Counted from the whole stretch's first letter, positions 9,923 to 19,779 are shown. The stretch is 62,888 nt of DNA, filler included, from a bacterium (GCA_024278215.1; 5 parts of 5 records of this genome joined end to end with filler, not necessarily neighbours in it); one strand, 5' to 3'. Numbers and translations are program-made. Notes: generated by a model from the letters alone, not told the origin.

Positions 9923-11692
9923 TCAGAGGAATCCTACCGCGCGCAGCCCGTTGGCAAAGATACCAAGCCCGATGAGTGCAACGATCACCCCGCTGATGTA
10001 TGGGAAAATATGGATGAACTTCGCGGTCTCGATCTGGAAACGCGATACCGCAATATTTCTCGTGTAGATAATCGTAAGCCCGATGAGAATCAGCACAAAA
10101 GCGAGGCCCACACTGAACGAAACCATAAGCATGAGCCCGAATCCCAGCCGGTTGAGGCCGATGGAAGCGAAAAGAATTATTATCGCTGTCGGGCAGGGAA
10201 CAATGCCGCCGGTAATGCCGAGTGTGAGCAGGTCGATGAGGTGGACCCCTTTTTTATCGGCGGCGGCGGCCTCGGACACATCGCCTGCGGCGGGTTCTCC
10301 ACTGTGATCGTGGCTGTGCGGATGTGTGTGATCGTGAGCGCAGTGAACATGTTGGTGAACATCATGGGCATGATCCCGTGCGTGCGTGTGTTCGTGCGCA
10401 TGATCGTGGCTGGGCGTGTGCGCGACATCAAGGTTATGATCGTGGCTGTGCCCGTCGTGAGTGTGCGTATATTCGCCGTGATGGTGCGCATGACCGTCGT
10501 GAGTGTGGCCGTGCGCGTATTCGAGAAGTTCCGGTCTTTTTTTAAGTTCTTCAGGGGACACATGGCGGCCGAACTCGTCGTGCACGTGCGGGATGTATCG
10601 CCCGCGATAATTACGCATAATTATCCACACACCCATGAGCGCGATAATGATCCCTGACGACACGCCCAGCCATCCATAGAGGTGTTCGGTATTCAGCCGC
10701 GCCCAGAAAGAAAGAAGGACGGCAAAAATGGCGAGCACCGCGGCAACATGGGTAAAAGTGACGATAAGCCCGAGTGTCAGCGCGTCCGTTGGTTTTCCCC
10801 TGGTGCCGACGAGATAGGCGGCGACAAGTGTTTTTCCGTGGCCGGGAGACAGTGCGTGGAAGCAGCCGAGGACAAAAGCGAAAATGAGTCCCACAACAAC
10901 GGCATGCGTGCTGAGAGATTCTTTCTTCAGGTAGGGATAGATGTCGAATATCTTTTTGACACGCGCGGCGAATCCCATAACCGTTTTGGATTTTTCGTTG
11001 ACTTTGCCCGAGTCAAGCGCATAGAGTTTGTCGCTTTCGCCCGGTCCGAAAGTGAAAGTTACCTTCAGGTCGAGCGGCGGGTCCGATGTCAGGGACTCGG
11101 GATATTCGGTCAGTGCGTTGCTTTTTTTCGGCGAGAGGTCCGAAGTGTCGATAATCACAGTTTCCGGGCTTCCGTAGACCCTGATTTCCTTCCAGCCCAT
11201 AATATCGGGAAAATTATTGTCGACATACTCGACAGTCCTTTTGGGCCATTGTCTGGCGGGTACCGCCGCGCTAAGCTGGAGTTCGATCCACATCACTTTC
11301 AGACCCGGCAGGCCGTCGCGGATTTCCAGCAGGCTTTTCCTGATCTTCAGCGGCTGCTGCACGCCGTCGATCTCGAGTTGCAGACCCGAGGCAAGCAAAT
11401 CGTCGATCTTATCGCGATATGCCGCGATTTCTTCGTCGGTATACTTCTTATCGCCGTTCGTATCCAGTTTTTTCAACTCGTGGAAAGTCGGCACCTCGGC
11501 TATGTCGATTATATAATGTATTCGGACTTCATCGGGGAAAGCCCTGACCGCCGAAAAATGGCACACGGCGAAATTGCCCATGGGGTGCGCGCCGGCGCGA
11601 GTCGCGACCACCACTGTGAACAACACGAGTAATAATGCGCACGCGCCCGATACGCCCCGCAGGCTGTTTCCTGTTCTTCTGTTGTCGATCAT
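9923..11692 (-). CDS. RcnA/NicO-family nickel/cobalt efflux transporter with N-terminal extracytoplasmic domain and long His-rich loop
   Basis: HALSPGHGKT and GGIVPCP motifs; His-rich stretch HAHGHTHDGHAHHH...; signal peptide ending AGAHPMGNF. Start reassigned to the ATG at 11692 because the track's extension to 11962 runs through AT-rich promoter DNA. Confidence 0.88.
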   Translation of the reverse strand: MIDNRRTGNSLRGVSGACALLLVLFTVVVATRAGAHPMGNFAVCHFSAVRAFPDEVRIHYIIDIAEVPTFHELKKLDTNGDKKYTDEEIAAYRDKIDDLLASGLQLEIDGVQQPLKIRKSLLEIRDGLPGLKVMWIELQLSAAVPARQWPKRTVEYVDNNFPDIMGWKEIRVYGSPETVIIDTSDLSPKKSNALTEYPESLTSDPPLDLKVTFTFGPGESDKLYALDSGKVNEKSKTVMGFAARVKKIFDIYPYLKKESLSTHAVVVGLIFAFVLGCFHALSPGHGKTLVAAYLVGTRGKPTDALTLGLIVTFTHVAAVLAIFAVLLSFWARLNTEHLYGWLGVSSGIIIALMGVWIIMRNYRGRYIPHVHDEFGRHVSPEELKKRPELLEYAHGHTHDGHAHHHGEYTHTHDGHSHDHNLDVAHTPSHDHAHEHTHARDHAHDVHQHVHCAHDHTHPHSHDHSGEPAAGDVSEAAAADKKGVHLIDLLTLGITGGIVPCPTAIIILFASIGLNRLGFGLMLMVSFSVGLAFVLILIGLTIIYTRNIAVSRFQIETAKFIHIFPYISGVIVALIGLGIFANGLRAVGFL

Positions 11693-11833
11693 CACATTAA
11701 ATAATATAGAGATCAGCAGGAAAATATAAGCAGTAACGGAAATTTTTCGTTTTTTGGGGAACCGGCGCACACCCCCACCGGTTATACAAGGTAGCAGCCG
11801 TTCTATGAATTCGGCAGGAGATAAGTTATTATA

Positions 11834-11862
11834 TTGACGTAAAAGAAAATAGTTATTAAAAT
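11834..11862 (+). promoter_or_regulatory. sigma70-type promoter of a small transcript
   Basis: TTGACG (11834-11839), 17-nt spacer, TAAAAT (11857-11862). Confidence 0.7.
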
Positions 11863-11887
11863 AGTCAGGTAAAAGGAGGTGTTGAAC

Positions 11888-11944
11888 ATGAAGAAATGGA
11901 TGCTTCCCACAGCACGGCATTGCAAAGAAGGTTGCCGTAGATAG
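11888..11944 (+). CDS. Small ORF, 18 aa (MKKWMLPTARHCKEGCRR), not in the ORF track
   Basis: Perfect SD AAGGAGGTG 6 nt before the ATG; promoter upstream and terminator downstream. Confidence 0.55.
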   Translation: MKKWMLPTARHCKEGCRR

Positions 11945-11991
11945 TCCTGGGCATGACCGCAAAACTGCCCGTTTGACTTAATAAAACAAGC

Positions 11992-12020
11992 AAAATCCGC
12001 TTCTATCGAGGCGGATTTTT
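11992..12020. terminator. Intrinsic, probably bidirectional terminator
   Basis: AAAATCCGCTTC-TATC-GAGGCGGATTTTT hairpin with A and T tracts on either side. Confidence 0.75.
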
Positions 12021-12220
12021 GCATTGGTACGCAGAAATAGAGCTATTTTATTACCAGGAGTCTCATGTAAAAGGTTCTTAAGGAAAATGAAGAATGGTGT
12101 TAATATTTGACCTGTCTTGAGTTATAATAATTCATTGAACCAAAAAAGAGCAGCAGCCATTTTCGCCGGGTTGATTATTATTAATAGAAATAAACTTTAC
12201 ATTATCGGACACGTTTGGTT

Positions 12221-14944
12221 ATGAACGACAGATTTCTGGCACATCTCGTAAAACACGATAAAATCTCACCCGGCGATCTAAAAAAAATCAACGATATTTT
12301 TCATTCTCCGTGGTTTTTCGCCAAGTCGGCACTTTCTCTCGGCTTTATTTCAAAAACACAGTATGAAAAGATAGCCACAGTGAGCGCGGATGAGAAGACG
12401 GCGAAGGATATTGCAAAATATCTGCTCGCGAAAAGAATCCTCACAACAACCCAACTGGCGCAAATCGGCGAAAAGCATAAAAATGACCTCGATCTGGTAA
12501 AAAACATAATATCCGAACTCGACATTATCGAACCCGCCAGGCTGGACCCGGAGGTGGAGGCCTTTAGCGAACAGATTCGGCGGGAAGCACAGGAGCGTAG
12601 GACGCCGTTGGCGGCGCTCGATATTCTGCTGGTGTGCGCCGACAAAACATTCGAGGAAGTTATACGCGAAAAGCTCGAACCCCTCGGTCACAATGTTACC
12701 GTCCACAACGATGCCATAGAAGCGGGTAAAGCAGTTGATGAAAACGAATACGATCTTGTGGTGTCCGAACTCGAACTCGAGATAATCGACGGCATCCAGA
12801 TGGTCGGCCAGATGCTCAACAACTACAAAAAACTCTACACAGCGGTTTTCGGAGGCGACACGGATTCATACACACTTCCCAACAGGCTGTACATCGAGGA
12901 ACGTTTCTTTTTCGGAGACAAAAACAATATCGAAAGGCATTTCGACGAATACATCGAGAAGATCGTGCGCAAGAAGTCGGGCATGCAGGGCCTCGCGGAC
13001 AAGCTGGCCGCCGCCGATGCGCCGGACTTCGACCAGGCGGAGATTATCCGGTGGATGCGGGATGTCCGGGTGGAATACTCTAAAGACGGCATCTATCTGG
13101 AGATCGACCCGGAGAAGGTGCCCCGGCCACACGATCAGCACAGGATCAGTGAGTCCGACAAACAGAAATACAAGGGATTCATCGAAGCAGTAAACAAAAA
13201 GCTGGCCGACATGAAGATCGAAAAAATCGACACGCGCGCTGTCGAGATGTGCGTGTGGTATCCATGGAAAAAAGCTGTCAAAATCGCGCCGCCGCAGGAG
13301 CAGTCAAAGGACGCGGCAGCGAGTTTCAGTCTGTCCGAAGACGGGCGTTTCGTGCTCATGGATTACACACCGCCCATCGGCAGGGGCCGCAGGCTCAACC
13401 CGCGTAATCTTGTCTTCAAGGTACAGGAAGTGCAGCCGGAATTTTGTATTCTCAACAGCACTATAGAGAACGTCTGCTTTTCCGACCGGCCTGTGAACGC
13501 GGCGCCGGTCGCGGAAAAAAGAGATGCGTCGGTCGAGATACGGATTTCCCCCGACGGTACAGAAGCTTTCATGACACTGCGCAGACCTTATGGCGGAAAA
13601 CCGATCAGACTCAAGCAGGTCAGGCAGCTCATAAAAGATATGGGCATCAAACACGGACTGGACAAAAACCTCATTAAAGAATTCTGCGAATCGTCGTTCT
13701 GGGACCGTGAAATATGTATCGCTTCAGGAAGGCTGCCCGTCGACGGCAGGGACGGTAGCGTCCGAAACGTCGAGTTGGACGATTATGAAGAGCGCCGGCA
13801 GAGCTGCACGGGAGTGAATCACCGTATCGTGCAGGCAATGGAAAAAGTGTATGCAGGCGATCCGATTATTATCGTCGAACCGCCGACAGACGGCATAGCG
13901 GGCATAAATGTTATGGGCGAAGAGATACCGGCGAAACCGGGCAAGCCGGTGAAGTTCGCCACGTCGACACAATCCGACACCGACGCGACGTTGATCCTGG
14001 GCGACAACACCGAGCTTGTGCTGGGCGGCACACGGGTAATTGCTACAATCGACGGAATGGTAAAACGCGATGGACGTTATATTGATGTATCACCGGTATA
14101 TGAAGTCGACGGCGATGTGGATTATTCCGTGGGCAACCTGGACATTTCGGGCGACCTGCTGATCCGAGGCAGCGTATTGAGCAAGTTCGAGGTGAAGGCA
14201 TCCGGCGACATCCACATTCTCGGCTCGGTCGAGGACGCCGTCGTGCAGAGCGGCGGCTCGATATACATCGAACAGGGTGTATACGGCAACGAAAAGGCGA
14301 TAATCTACGCCGCTAATTCGGTCACAGCGAAAAGCATCGAGCAGGCCAATGTTTTCTCCAGGGGCAGCATCACAGCGCACTCGAACATATCACACTCGAC
14401 ACTGGTGGCTTACGGAAACATTGAAACAACCGCAAAAAACGGATTCATCGTGGGCGGCCTCTTGAGGGCGGGTTTCAAAGTCGCGACTTCCCGGCTCGGC
14501 AGCCAGGCGGGCACCATCACGACACTCGACATCGGCACAACAATAAATATGGCCGATGAAATCGAAAATCTTAAATCATACATGCTGAGGAAAATCTCGC
14601 TGGGGCTGGCGATTGCAAATTCAAAATCAGATGCTGATAACGAAAAAGAGAAGGAAGAGAAAGACGACGAAGCGCTCAAAGGCACACGCTACGAGGGGAT
14701 ACATATCAAATCCTACAACCTTTTCTTTCTCAAATGGATAGATAATTTCATCAGGAAAAATAAAAACCGTGTGCCGGTTTTCAGACCCGACGCACGCACC
14801 GTCCCCTACAGAATCACCATCGAAAACCACACCTACCCCGGAGTCTACCTCCGCATCAAAGGCATGAACTTCGTCATCAAAAACGAACTCGTCGGCAAAC
14901 GCAACTTCAGCCTCTCAGGAGAGACCATCGTCGAAAGTGTGTGA
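12221..14944 (+). CDS. FapA/DUF342 family protein with N-terminal MshEN-like helical repeats and a receiver-like domain
   Basis: DUF342 motifs PVDGRDG, GINVMGEEIPAKPGK, VYEVDGDVDYSVGNLD and beta-helix repeats; REC-like segment ILLVCAD...YDLVVSELELEIIDG. Confidence 0.8.
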   Translation: MNDRFLAHLVKHDKISPGDLKKINDIFHSPWFFAKSALSLGFISKTQYEKIATVSADEKTAKDIAKYLLAKRILTTTQLAQIGEKHKNDLDLVKNIISELDIIEPARLDPEVEAFSEQIRREAQERRTPLAALDILLVCADKTFEEVIREKLEPLGHNVTVHNDAIEAGKAVDENEYDLVVSELELEIIDGIQMVGQMLNNYKKLYTAVFGGDTDSYTLPNRLYIEERFFFGDKNNIERHFDEYIEKIVRKKSGMQGLADKLAAADAPDFDQAEIIRWMRDVRVEYSKDGIYLEIDPEKVPRPHDQHRISESDKQKYKGFIEAVNKKLADMKIEKIDTRAVEMCVWYPWKKAVKIAPPQEQSKDAAASFSLSEDGRFVLMDYTPPIGRGRRLNPRNLVFKVQEVQPEFCILNSTIENVCFSDRPVNAAPVAEKRDASVEIRISPDGTEAFMTLRRPYGGKPIRLKQVRQLIKDMGIKHGLDKNLIKEFCESSFWDREICIASGRLPVDGRDGSVRNVELDDYEERRQSCTGVNHRIVQAMEKVYAGDPIIIVEPPTDGIAGINVMGEEIPAKPGKPVKFATSTQSDTDATLILGDNTELVLGGTRVIATIDGMVKRDGRYIDVSPVYEVDGDVDYSVGNLDISGDLLIRGSVLSKFEVKASGDIHILGSVEDAVVQSGGSIYIEQGVYGNEKAIIYAANSVTAKSIEQANVFSRGSITAHSNISHSTLVAYGNIETTAKNGFIVGGLLRAGFKVATSRLGSQAGTITTLDIGTTINMADEIENLKSYMLRKISLGLAIANSKSDADNEKEKEEKDDEALKGTRYEGIHIKSYNLFFLKWIDNFIRKNKNRVPVFRPDARTVPYRITIENHTYPGVYLRIKGMNFVIKNELVGKRNFSLSGETIVESV

Positions 14945-15021
14945 TATTCGCCGGAAACTTTCTGATTAAGAATTATAATCAGTATAATTGTATGTTACGA
15001 ACAGCGCAGGTATATCAGATT

Positions 15022-16011
15022 ATGGATTTTGTTCACAATAAACAGGAAATACTCGAAAAGTATGCGCCGCCGGAACTTCTTGACCTGGAGAATTCGCAGA
15101 AGGCAATACCGGCTCTTGCAAAGAATAACGAGTTGTCGAATAAGATAGAATCAGTGTTGCCGACACTGCCGACAACACACCGGTTCATTCTCGGAGATGC
15201 CGTAAGAATGGAATTCCTCGAGCCCGAATCAGTTCATCTGATAGTAACATCCCCGCCATACTGGACATTGAAAAAATACAATGATAATGAACGCCAGCTG
15301 GGCGCTGTTTCCGATTACGAGGATTTTCTTGATGAACTGAACAAGGTATGGAGCACTTGTTTTGAAGCACTTGTTCCGGGGGGCAGATTGATTTGTGTAG
15401 TTGGAGATGTTTGTCTGACCAGAAGAAAAAACAATGGAAGACATGCTGTCATTCCTCTTCACGCATCGATCCAGGAACTGTGCCGAAAGATCGGTTTTGA
15501 TAATCTCTCGCCGATAATATGGCACAAGATATCAAATGCAACACACGAAGTTGCCGGTAGTTCGGGCTTTCTCGGTAAACCTTATGAACCGAACGCTATA
15601 ATTAAAAATGATATCGAGTATATATTAATGGAAAGAAAACCAGGTGGATATAGAAGTCCATCAATGATTGAAAGGGCATTCAGTGTAATTTCGGAAAAAA
15701 ATCATAAGAAATGGTTCAATCAGATATGGCAGGGTGTCACCGGCGCGTCGACGAAAGATCATCCGGCCCCCTATCCCTTTGAACTTGCAACCCGGCTAAT
15801 CAGGATGTTCAGCTTTGTGGGAGATGTTGTACTGGATCCGTTTTCCGGGTATGGAACAACGGCAATCGCTGCCTGCAAAAGTGGCCGCAACAGTATAAGC
15901 GTCGAGATCGACGACGAGTATTTCGATAAGGCAGTCCGAAGATTCAAAACAGAAAATTCAGAGTTGTGGAGTAACCACGAAGTCGAGATATGCAAAAAGT
16001 TAACAGCATGA
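15022..16011 (+). CDS. Site-specific DNA methyltransferase (N4-C/N6-A, beta class)
   Basis: Catalytic VTSPPYW precedes SAM-binding VLDPFSGYGTT; HPAPYP motif; lower GC than the flanks. Start uncertain (14941-15022). Confidence 0.92.
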   Translation: MDFVHNKQEILEKYAPPELLDLENSQKAIPALAKNNELSNKIESVLPTLPTTHRFILGDAVRMEFLEPESVHLIVTSPPYWTLKKYNDNERQLGAVSDYEDFLDELNKVWSTCFEALVPGGRLICVVGDVCLTRRKNNGRHAVIPLHASIQELCRKIGFDNLSPIIWHKISNATHEVAGSSGFLGKPYEPNAIIKNDIEYILMERKPGGYRSPSMIERAFSVISEKNHKKWFNQIWQGVTGASTKDHPAPYPFELATRLIRMFSFVGDVVLDPFSGYGTTAIAACKSGRNSISVEIDDEYFDKAVRRFKTENSELWSNHEVEICKKLTA

Positions 16012-16745
16012 AAATAGACATATCAGCTTATGACGAAATAATTCCCAAAGCAATAAATTATTTTTGGGATGCACGCGCAAAGGCCGCCGCAAAACAAAAA
16101 AAGAAAGGAAAATCCGACCAGGGGAATCGAGCAGGTGTAACATCCGGCAAGAACATGGATGTTTTTGTCTCTATGATGCGCGATATTATTATTGCAAACG
16201 GATTGAAAAATGCGGATATCCATATCGACGGAAGAATAAATCTTACCCTTCCGGGTTATTATCGCCCTACGAAAAATTGGGATTTGCTTGTAGTTAGTCG
16301 AGGTAAGTTGATAGCGGCTATAGAATTCAAATCGCAAGTCGGCCCATCTTTCGGCAATAACTTCAATAATAGAGTAGAAGAAGCCGTGGGTAACGCAGTC
16401 GATATTAACACCGCTTTCAGGGAAGGCGCGTTCGGAGAATCGAGCAAACCTTTTGTCGGTTATTTCTTTGTACTCGAAGATTGCGAAGCTTCTTCCCGGC
16501 CTGTGAAGTTTTCTTCTCCACATTTTCCGGCAATAAAAGAATTCAACAATACGTGTTATGCGCAGATGTACGAGATATTCTGTAGACGGCTTATACAGGA
16601 AAGATGGTATGACTCTGCTGCACTGCTCCTGACCGACAGAACACAAAAGGAAGACGGTCATTATCGCACTCTGAGCCGGATGACGGACCCGCGAAGATTC
16701 GCAGGTGCGCTCGCGGGGAAAATTGTGTCTCTCGCGCTGGAATGA
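16008..16745 (+). CDS. Type II restriction endonuclease, XhoI/PaeR7I family
   Basis: LPGYYRPTKNWDL and IEFKSQVGPSFGNNFNNRVEEAVG; ATG overlaps the methyltransferase stop (ATGA). Confidence 0.88.
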   Translation: MKIDISAYDEIIPKAINYFWDARAKAAAKQKKKGKSDQGNRAGVTSGKNMDVFVSMMRDIIIANGLKNADIHIDGRINLTLPGYYRPTKNWDLLVVSRGKLIAAIEFKSQVGPSFGNNFNNRVEEAVGNAVDINTAFREGAFGESSKPFVGYFFVLEDCEASSRPVKFSSPHFPAIKEFNNTCYAQMYEIFCRRLIQERWYDSAALLLTDRTQKEDGHYRTLSRMTDPRRFAGALAGKIVSLALE

Positions 16746-16878
16746 TTCCCAATTAGAATTCTGTTTTTTATCCCACATCTTTCGGGTGTCAAGTCTCGGG
16801 CGAGGTGTAGCCGCTTACGGCGAAATAAGAGCATGAATATCGTGTTCAATTGTTGCGGTGTCGACTATGGGAAGGTGG

Positions 16879-18579
16879 TTACGAAGCAACTTTATTTCTG
16901 CCGGATTCTTTAGCGCGGTAGAGTGCCTCGTCGGCCATTTTGATGAGTTCTTCTTTGGTTTTCGTGGGTGGCATTTCACCGACGCCGAGGCTGACGGTGA
17001 CATGCAGGGGTTCGAGGTTGTTGAACTCGAATGTGTGTTCGGCAATAGCTCGCCTGATGCGTTCGGCGACGGCGAGAGCGCCGTTTTTATCGGTCTCGGG
17101 CATTACCACGACGAATTCCTCGCCTCCATAGCGAGCAATAATATCTGTTGTGCGTAGTGCGCCCTGTGCTATTATCGCCAGTTCCTTCAATACGGCATCG
17201 CCGATGGGATGTCCATAAGTATCGTTGAAACTTTTGAAATGATCGATGTCGAAAATTGTGATGGAAAGCGGTCTCTTGTAGCGTCTGGCGCGCCGGATTT
17301 CGCGGTCCATCGTAATTTGAAAATAGCGATGGTTGAATAGCCCGGTGAGGCCGTCGGTGTCCGCGAGTTCCTGGAGTTTGGCGCGGAGCGTGAGGTTCTC
17401 GATGGCGATTGCCAGGTGGCTGCCGAGCATGCGGACTTCATCCATGCAGTCGGAGTTCAGTTCGCCCTCGGACTCGCTCGATATCACGATCATGCCGGAA
17501 GTGCCGTGTTTGCCGCCGCTTAGCGACTCGATGGCGAGCAGCGCGGGTTTGCCGCCCGGCACTATGAGAAAGGAGTCGGGGAGTTCTTCCTTGTTTCCGG
17601 CTGTCCATATCTTTTGAAATGTCTCGGATTCGCCGCCTTCATCGAAAAATGTGTCGATAAGCGGGTGATTGAATGGAATCTCTTTCTGCTCGATGTCGCC
17701 ATCTATAAATTCGTTGTAAAGGATAGAACGCCTGTTTTTTTTGTCGAGCGTTACGATTGCGACATGGTCGACATCCAGAAGGTCTTTCGAGTAACGTGTG
17801 AACAGGAGGATAGTTTCTTCGATAGTATCCTGTGCGTTGAGTTCCTTTGCGAAGTCGATGTGGGAGCGTCTTCTCAAGGTGGTTTCCTGCTGAATGCGGA
17901 GCAGGCGCGCGTTTTCGTCCTTCTGGTATTCCGCGAAGTGTTTTTCTTCGATGATGCGTCCGATATTTTCCTCGAGTTGGCCGTGCAGTTTTTCTATTTC
18001 ATCTTTCTGGCTTTCGATATTGAGGCGTATGCGCTTTTCGTTTTCCTCGAGCGTGGCGAGCACAAGGTAGGTGAGGAACATGAAGCCGAGCCGCAGGGCG
18101 AAGTCGCCGACAAAGAGTTGTTCGCTGTTGGCGAGATAGAGCAGCATGTACAAAATGCCGGCTGAGAATGTGACCACAGCGCCGCCGAGCATGCCGAAAT
18201 AAAATGTTTCTATCGCGATGAGCAGGTAATAGGCGAGATAGAAATTGCTCTGGCACACGCCGGTGGTCCGGATCAGGAGTGTTATGAAAATCACGTCGAG
18301 GAATATCACTGCCTGGTAGATTATCTTTGTGCGTTCAGGATATTTTTTTGCGGCGACCATGAAGGCGACCGAATAGGCGATTATCCATATAAAGAGGGGC
18401 AGAACACCGGCAACGAGTGTCGATCTCTTCTCGGCGAGATATTCCATTTGCTGGTAGGTTGCCACTGTCCAGAGCGCAATACCGATAATCAGAAAGACTT
18501 TAGGCATGAAAAAGAAGCGTCTGTGGTCGGCGGTCAGTTCGCCGGTCTTGAAGATGTATTTTGCTTCCCTGATGTCCAT
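16879..18579 (-). CDS. Membrane-anchored GAF-GGDEF diguanylate cyclase
   Basis: N-terminal TM helices, coiled coil, GAF-like region, DGLTGLFNHRYF, DIDHFKSFNDTYGH, I-site RTTD and active site GGEEF. Confidence 0.92.
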   Translation of the reverse strand: MDIREAKYIFKTGELTADHRRFFFMPKVFLIIGIALWTVATYQQMEYLAEKRSTLVAGVLPLFIWIIAYSVAFMVAAKKYPERTKIIYQAVIFLDVIFITLLIRTTGVCQSNFYLAYYLLIAIETFYFGMLGGAVVTFSAGILYMLLYLANSEQLFVGDFALRLGFMFLTYLVLATLEENEKRIRLNIESQKDEIEKLHGQLEENIGRIIEEKHFAEYQKDENARLLRIQQETTLRRRSHIDFAKELNAQDTIEETILLFTRYSKDLLDVDHVAIVTLDKKNRRSILYNEFIDGDIEQKEIPFNHPLIDTFFDEGGESETFQKIWTAGNKEELPDSFLIVPGGKPALLAIESLSGGKHGTSGMIVISSESEGELNSDCMDEVRMLGSHLAIAIENLTLRAKLQELADTDGLTGLFNHRYFQITMDREIRRARRYKRPLSITIFDIDHFKSFNDTYGHPIGDAVLKELAIIAQGALRTTDIIARYGGEEFVVVMPETDKNGALAVAERIRRAIAEHTFEFNNLEPLHVTVSLGVGEMPPTKTKEELIKMADEALYRAKESGRNKVAS

Positions 18580-18705
18580 AATGTCATGTCCGCAGATATA
18601 TTCCCGGTTTATTAAGTTGATATGTCCTCCAGCCGGTCTATAAATCCGGTTGGAAGGCTCTTGATTTCCGCATTAATAATATTCTTTCTATTTCCCCTTG
18701 GCGCG

Positions 18706-19536
18706 TCAAAAGAAATCGAAATTTCTTTTTTCGTAATACAGTTTCTGGTCTTTCGCCTGTGTTGTTCCGTAAGGTTTGCGCGGTATCTCAGTTGAATCGC
18801 TGTAGCACATGGTGCCGCCGTCCTCCCTGAAGTAATATATCAGGGGCAGATATTCATCATTTTCCTTTGCGGCGGGATTGACGAGATAGGCTGTGTTCGC
18901 CTGTATGTTGTAAAATATCTCGGAAAGGGACAGGCCGCTGAACATCGGTTTGAATGATTTGATAAAATCCGCGATAAGATTGAATAGTGCGCGGCGGTTG
19001 CCTGACGCTTTTTCAGGTTTTGCCGCTATCAGGCCGTGTGTGTTCATGTTCCAGGAACCTTTGGGTTCTTTTTCCACGATGGGATCGGTCTTGAAGAGCG
19101 CTTTGCACTGGAGGTTGAACCAGTTGTCGGGTTTGAAGAGACAGCCGCGCACAAAAATGTGGTCTTCTTTCTCTTCATAGGTGATCGTGATGCCGGTGGG
19201 CATATGCGTGTCGGCGATCTGGTATGGGTTCTTCCAGCGGCCCACATATCCGAGATCGACTTTCTTGCAGGAAAATTTTTCGATCCTGTGAATACATTCT
19301 TTTATTACCTCGTAATGCGTCGGCTGGGTTACGTCTTCTCTTATTTCTTTGAACTTGTCCAGGTCCCATGCTGATTCGTTATATATTACGCGACCGTATT
19401 TACTGATCTTGTCGGAATGCGCGACCGCTTCGCGAACGTCCCCAAGGTATATGTGCATAAATGCAACGGACTCGTCGATAAAGTGTGCGAATCCTTCTTC
19501 ATCTGTCGTATATGTTTCCCAGTATAGTCGGTCCAT
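18706..19536 (-). CDS. Hypothetical protein (276 aa)
   Basis: Long ORF with protein-like composition and GAGGAG SD; no family recognised. Confidence 0.7.
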   Translation of the reverse strand: MDRLYWETYTTDEEGFAHFIDESVAFMHIYLGDVREAVAHSDKISKYGRVIYNESAWDLDKFKEIREDVTQPTHYEVIKECIHRIEKFSCKKVDLGYVGRWKNPYQIADTHMPTGITITYEEKEDHIFVRGCLFKPDNWFNLQCKALFKTDPIVEKEPKGSWNMNTHGLIAAKPEKASGNRRALFNLIADFIKSFKPMFSGLSLSEIFYNIQANTAYLVNPAAKENDEYLPLIYYFREDGGTMCYSDSTEIPRKPYGTTQAKDQKLYYEKRNFDFF

Positions 19537-19779
19537 AGTGGTCTCCTCTTGTGATCGCAGTTTTTTTCGAAGTTTTGTTGTACTATTATACTTAAAAATC
19601 TATTTTTTAGTATTATCTGCGATCTTAAATCCTGCAAACTTCAAAACCGGACTCCGCTCTGCCGGTCGACACGCATCCTTCCTTTTCTTTTTTGCGTTGC
19701 TTTTCGGCACGGACATATATTCCGGGCAAGATCCGATACCGCTTCTCTTTTGCTTAATAATATCCATTTTTCTTATATA

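Noticed and set aside
11693-11962. 90-aa N-terminal extension of the RcnA ORF in the track
   Set aside because: It runs through AT-rich promoter DNA and the opposite-strand small transcript; the signal peptide starts near 11692.
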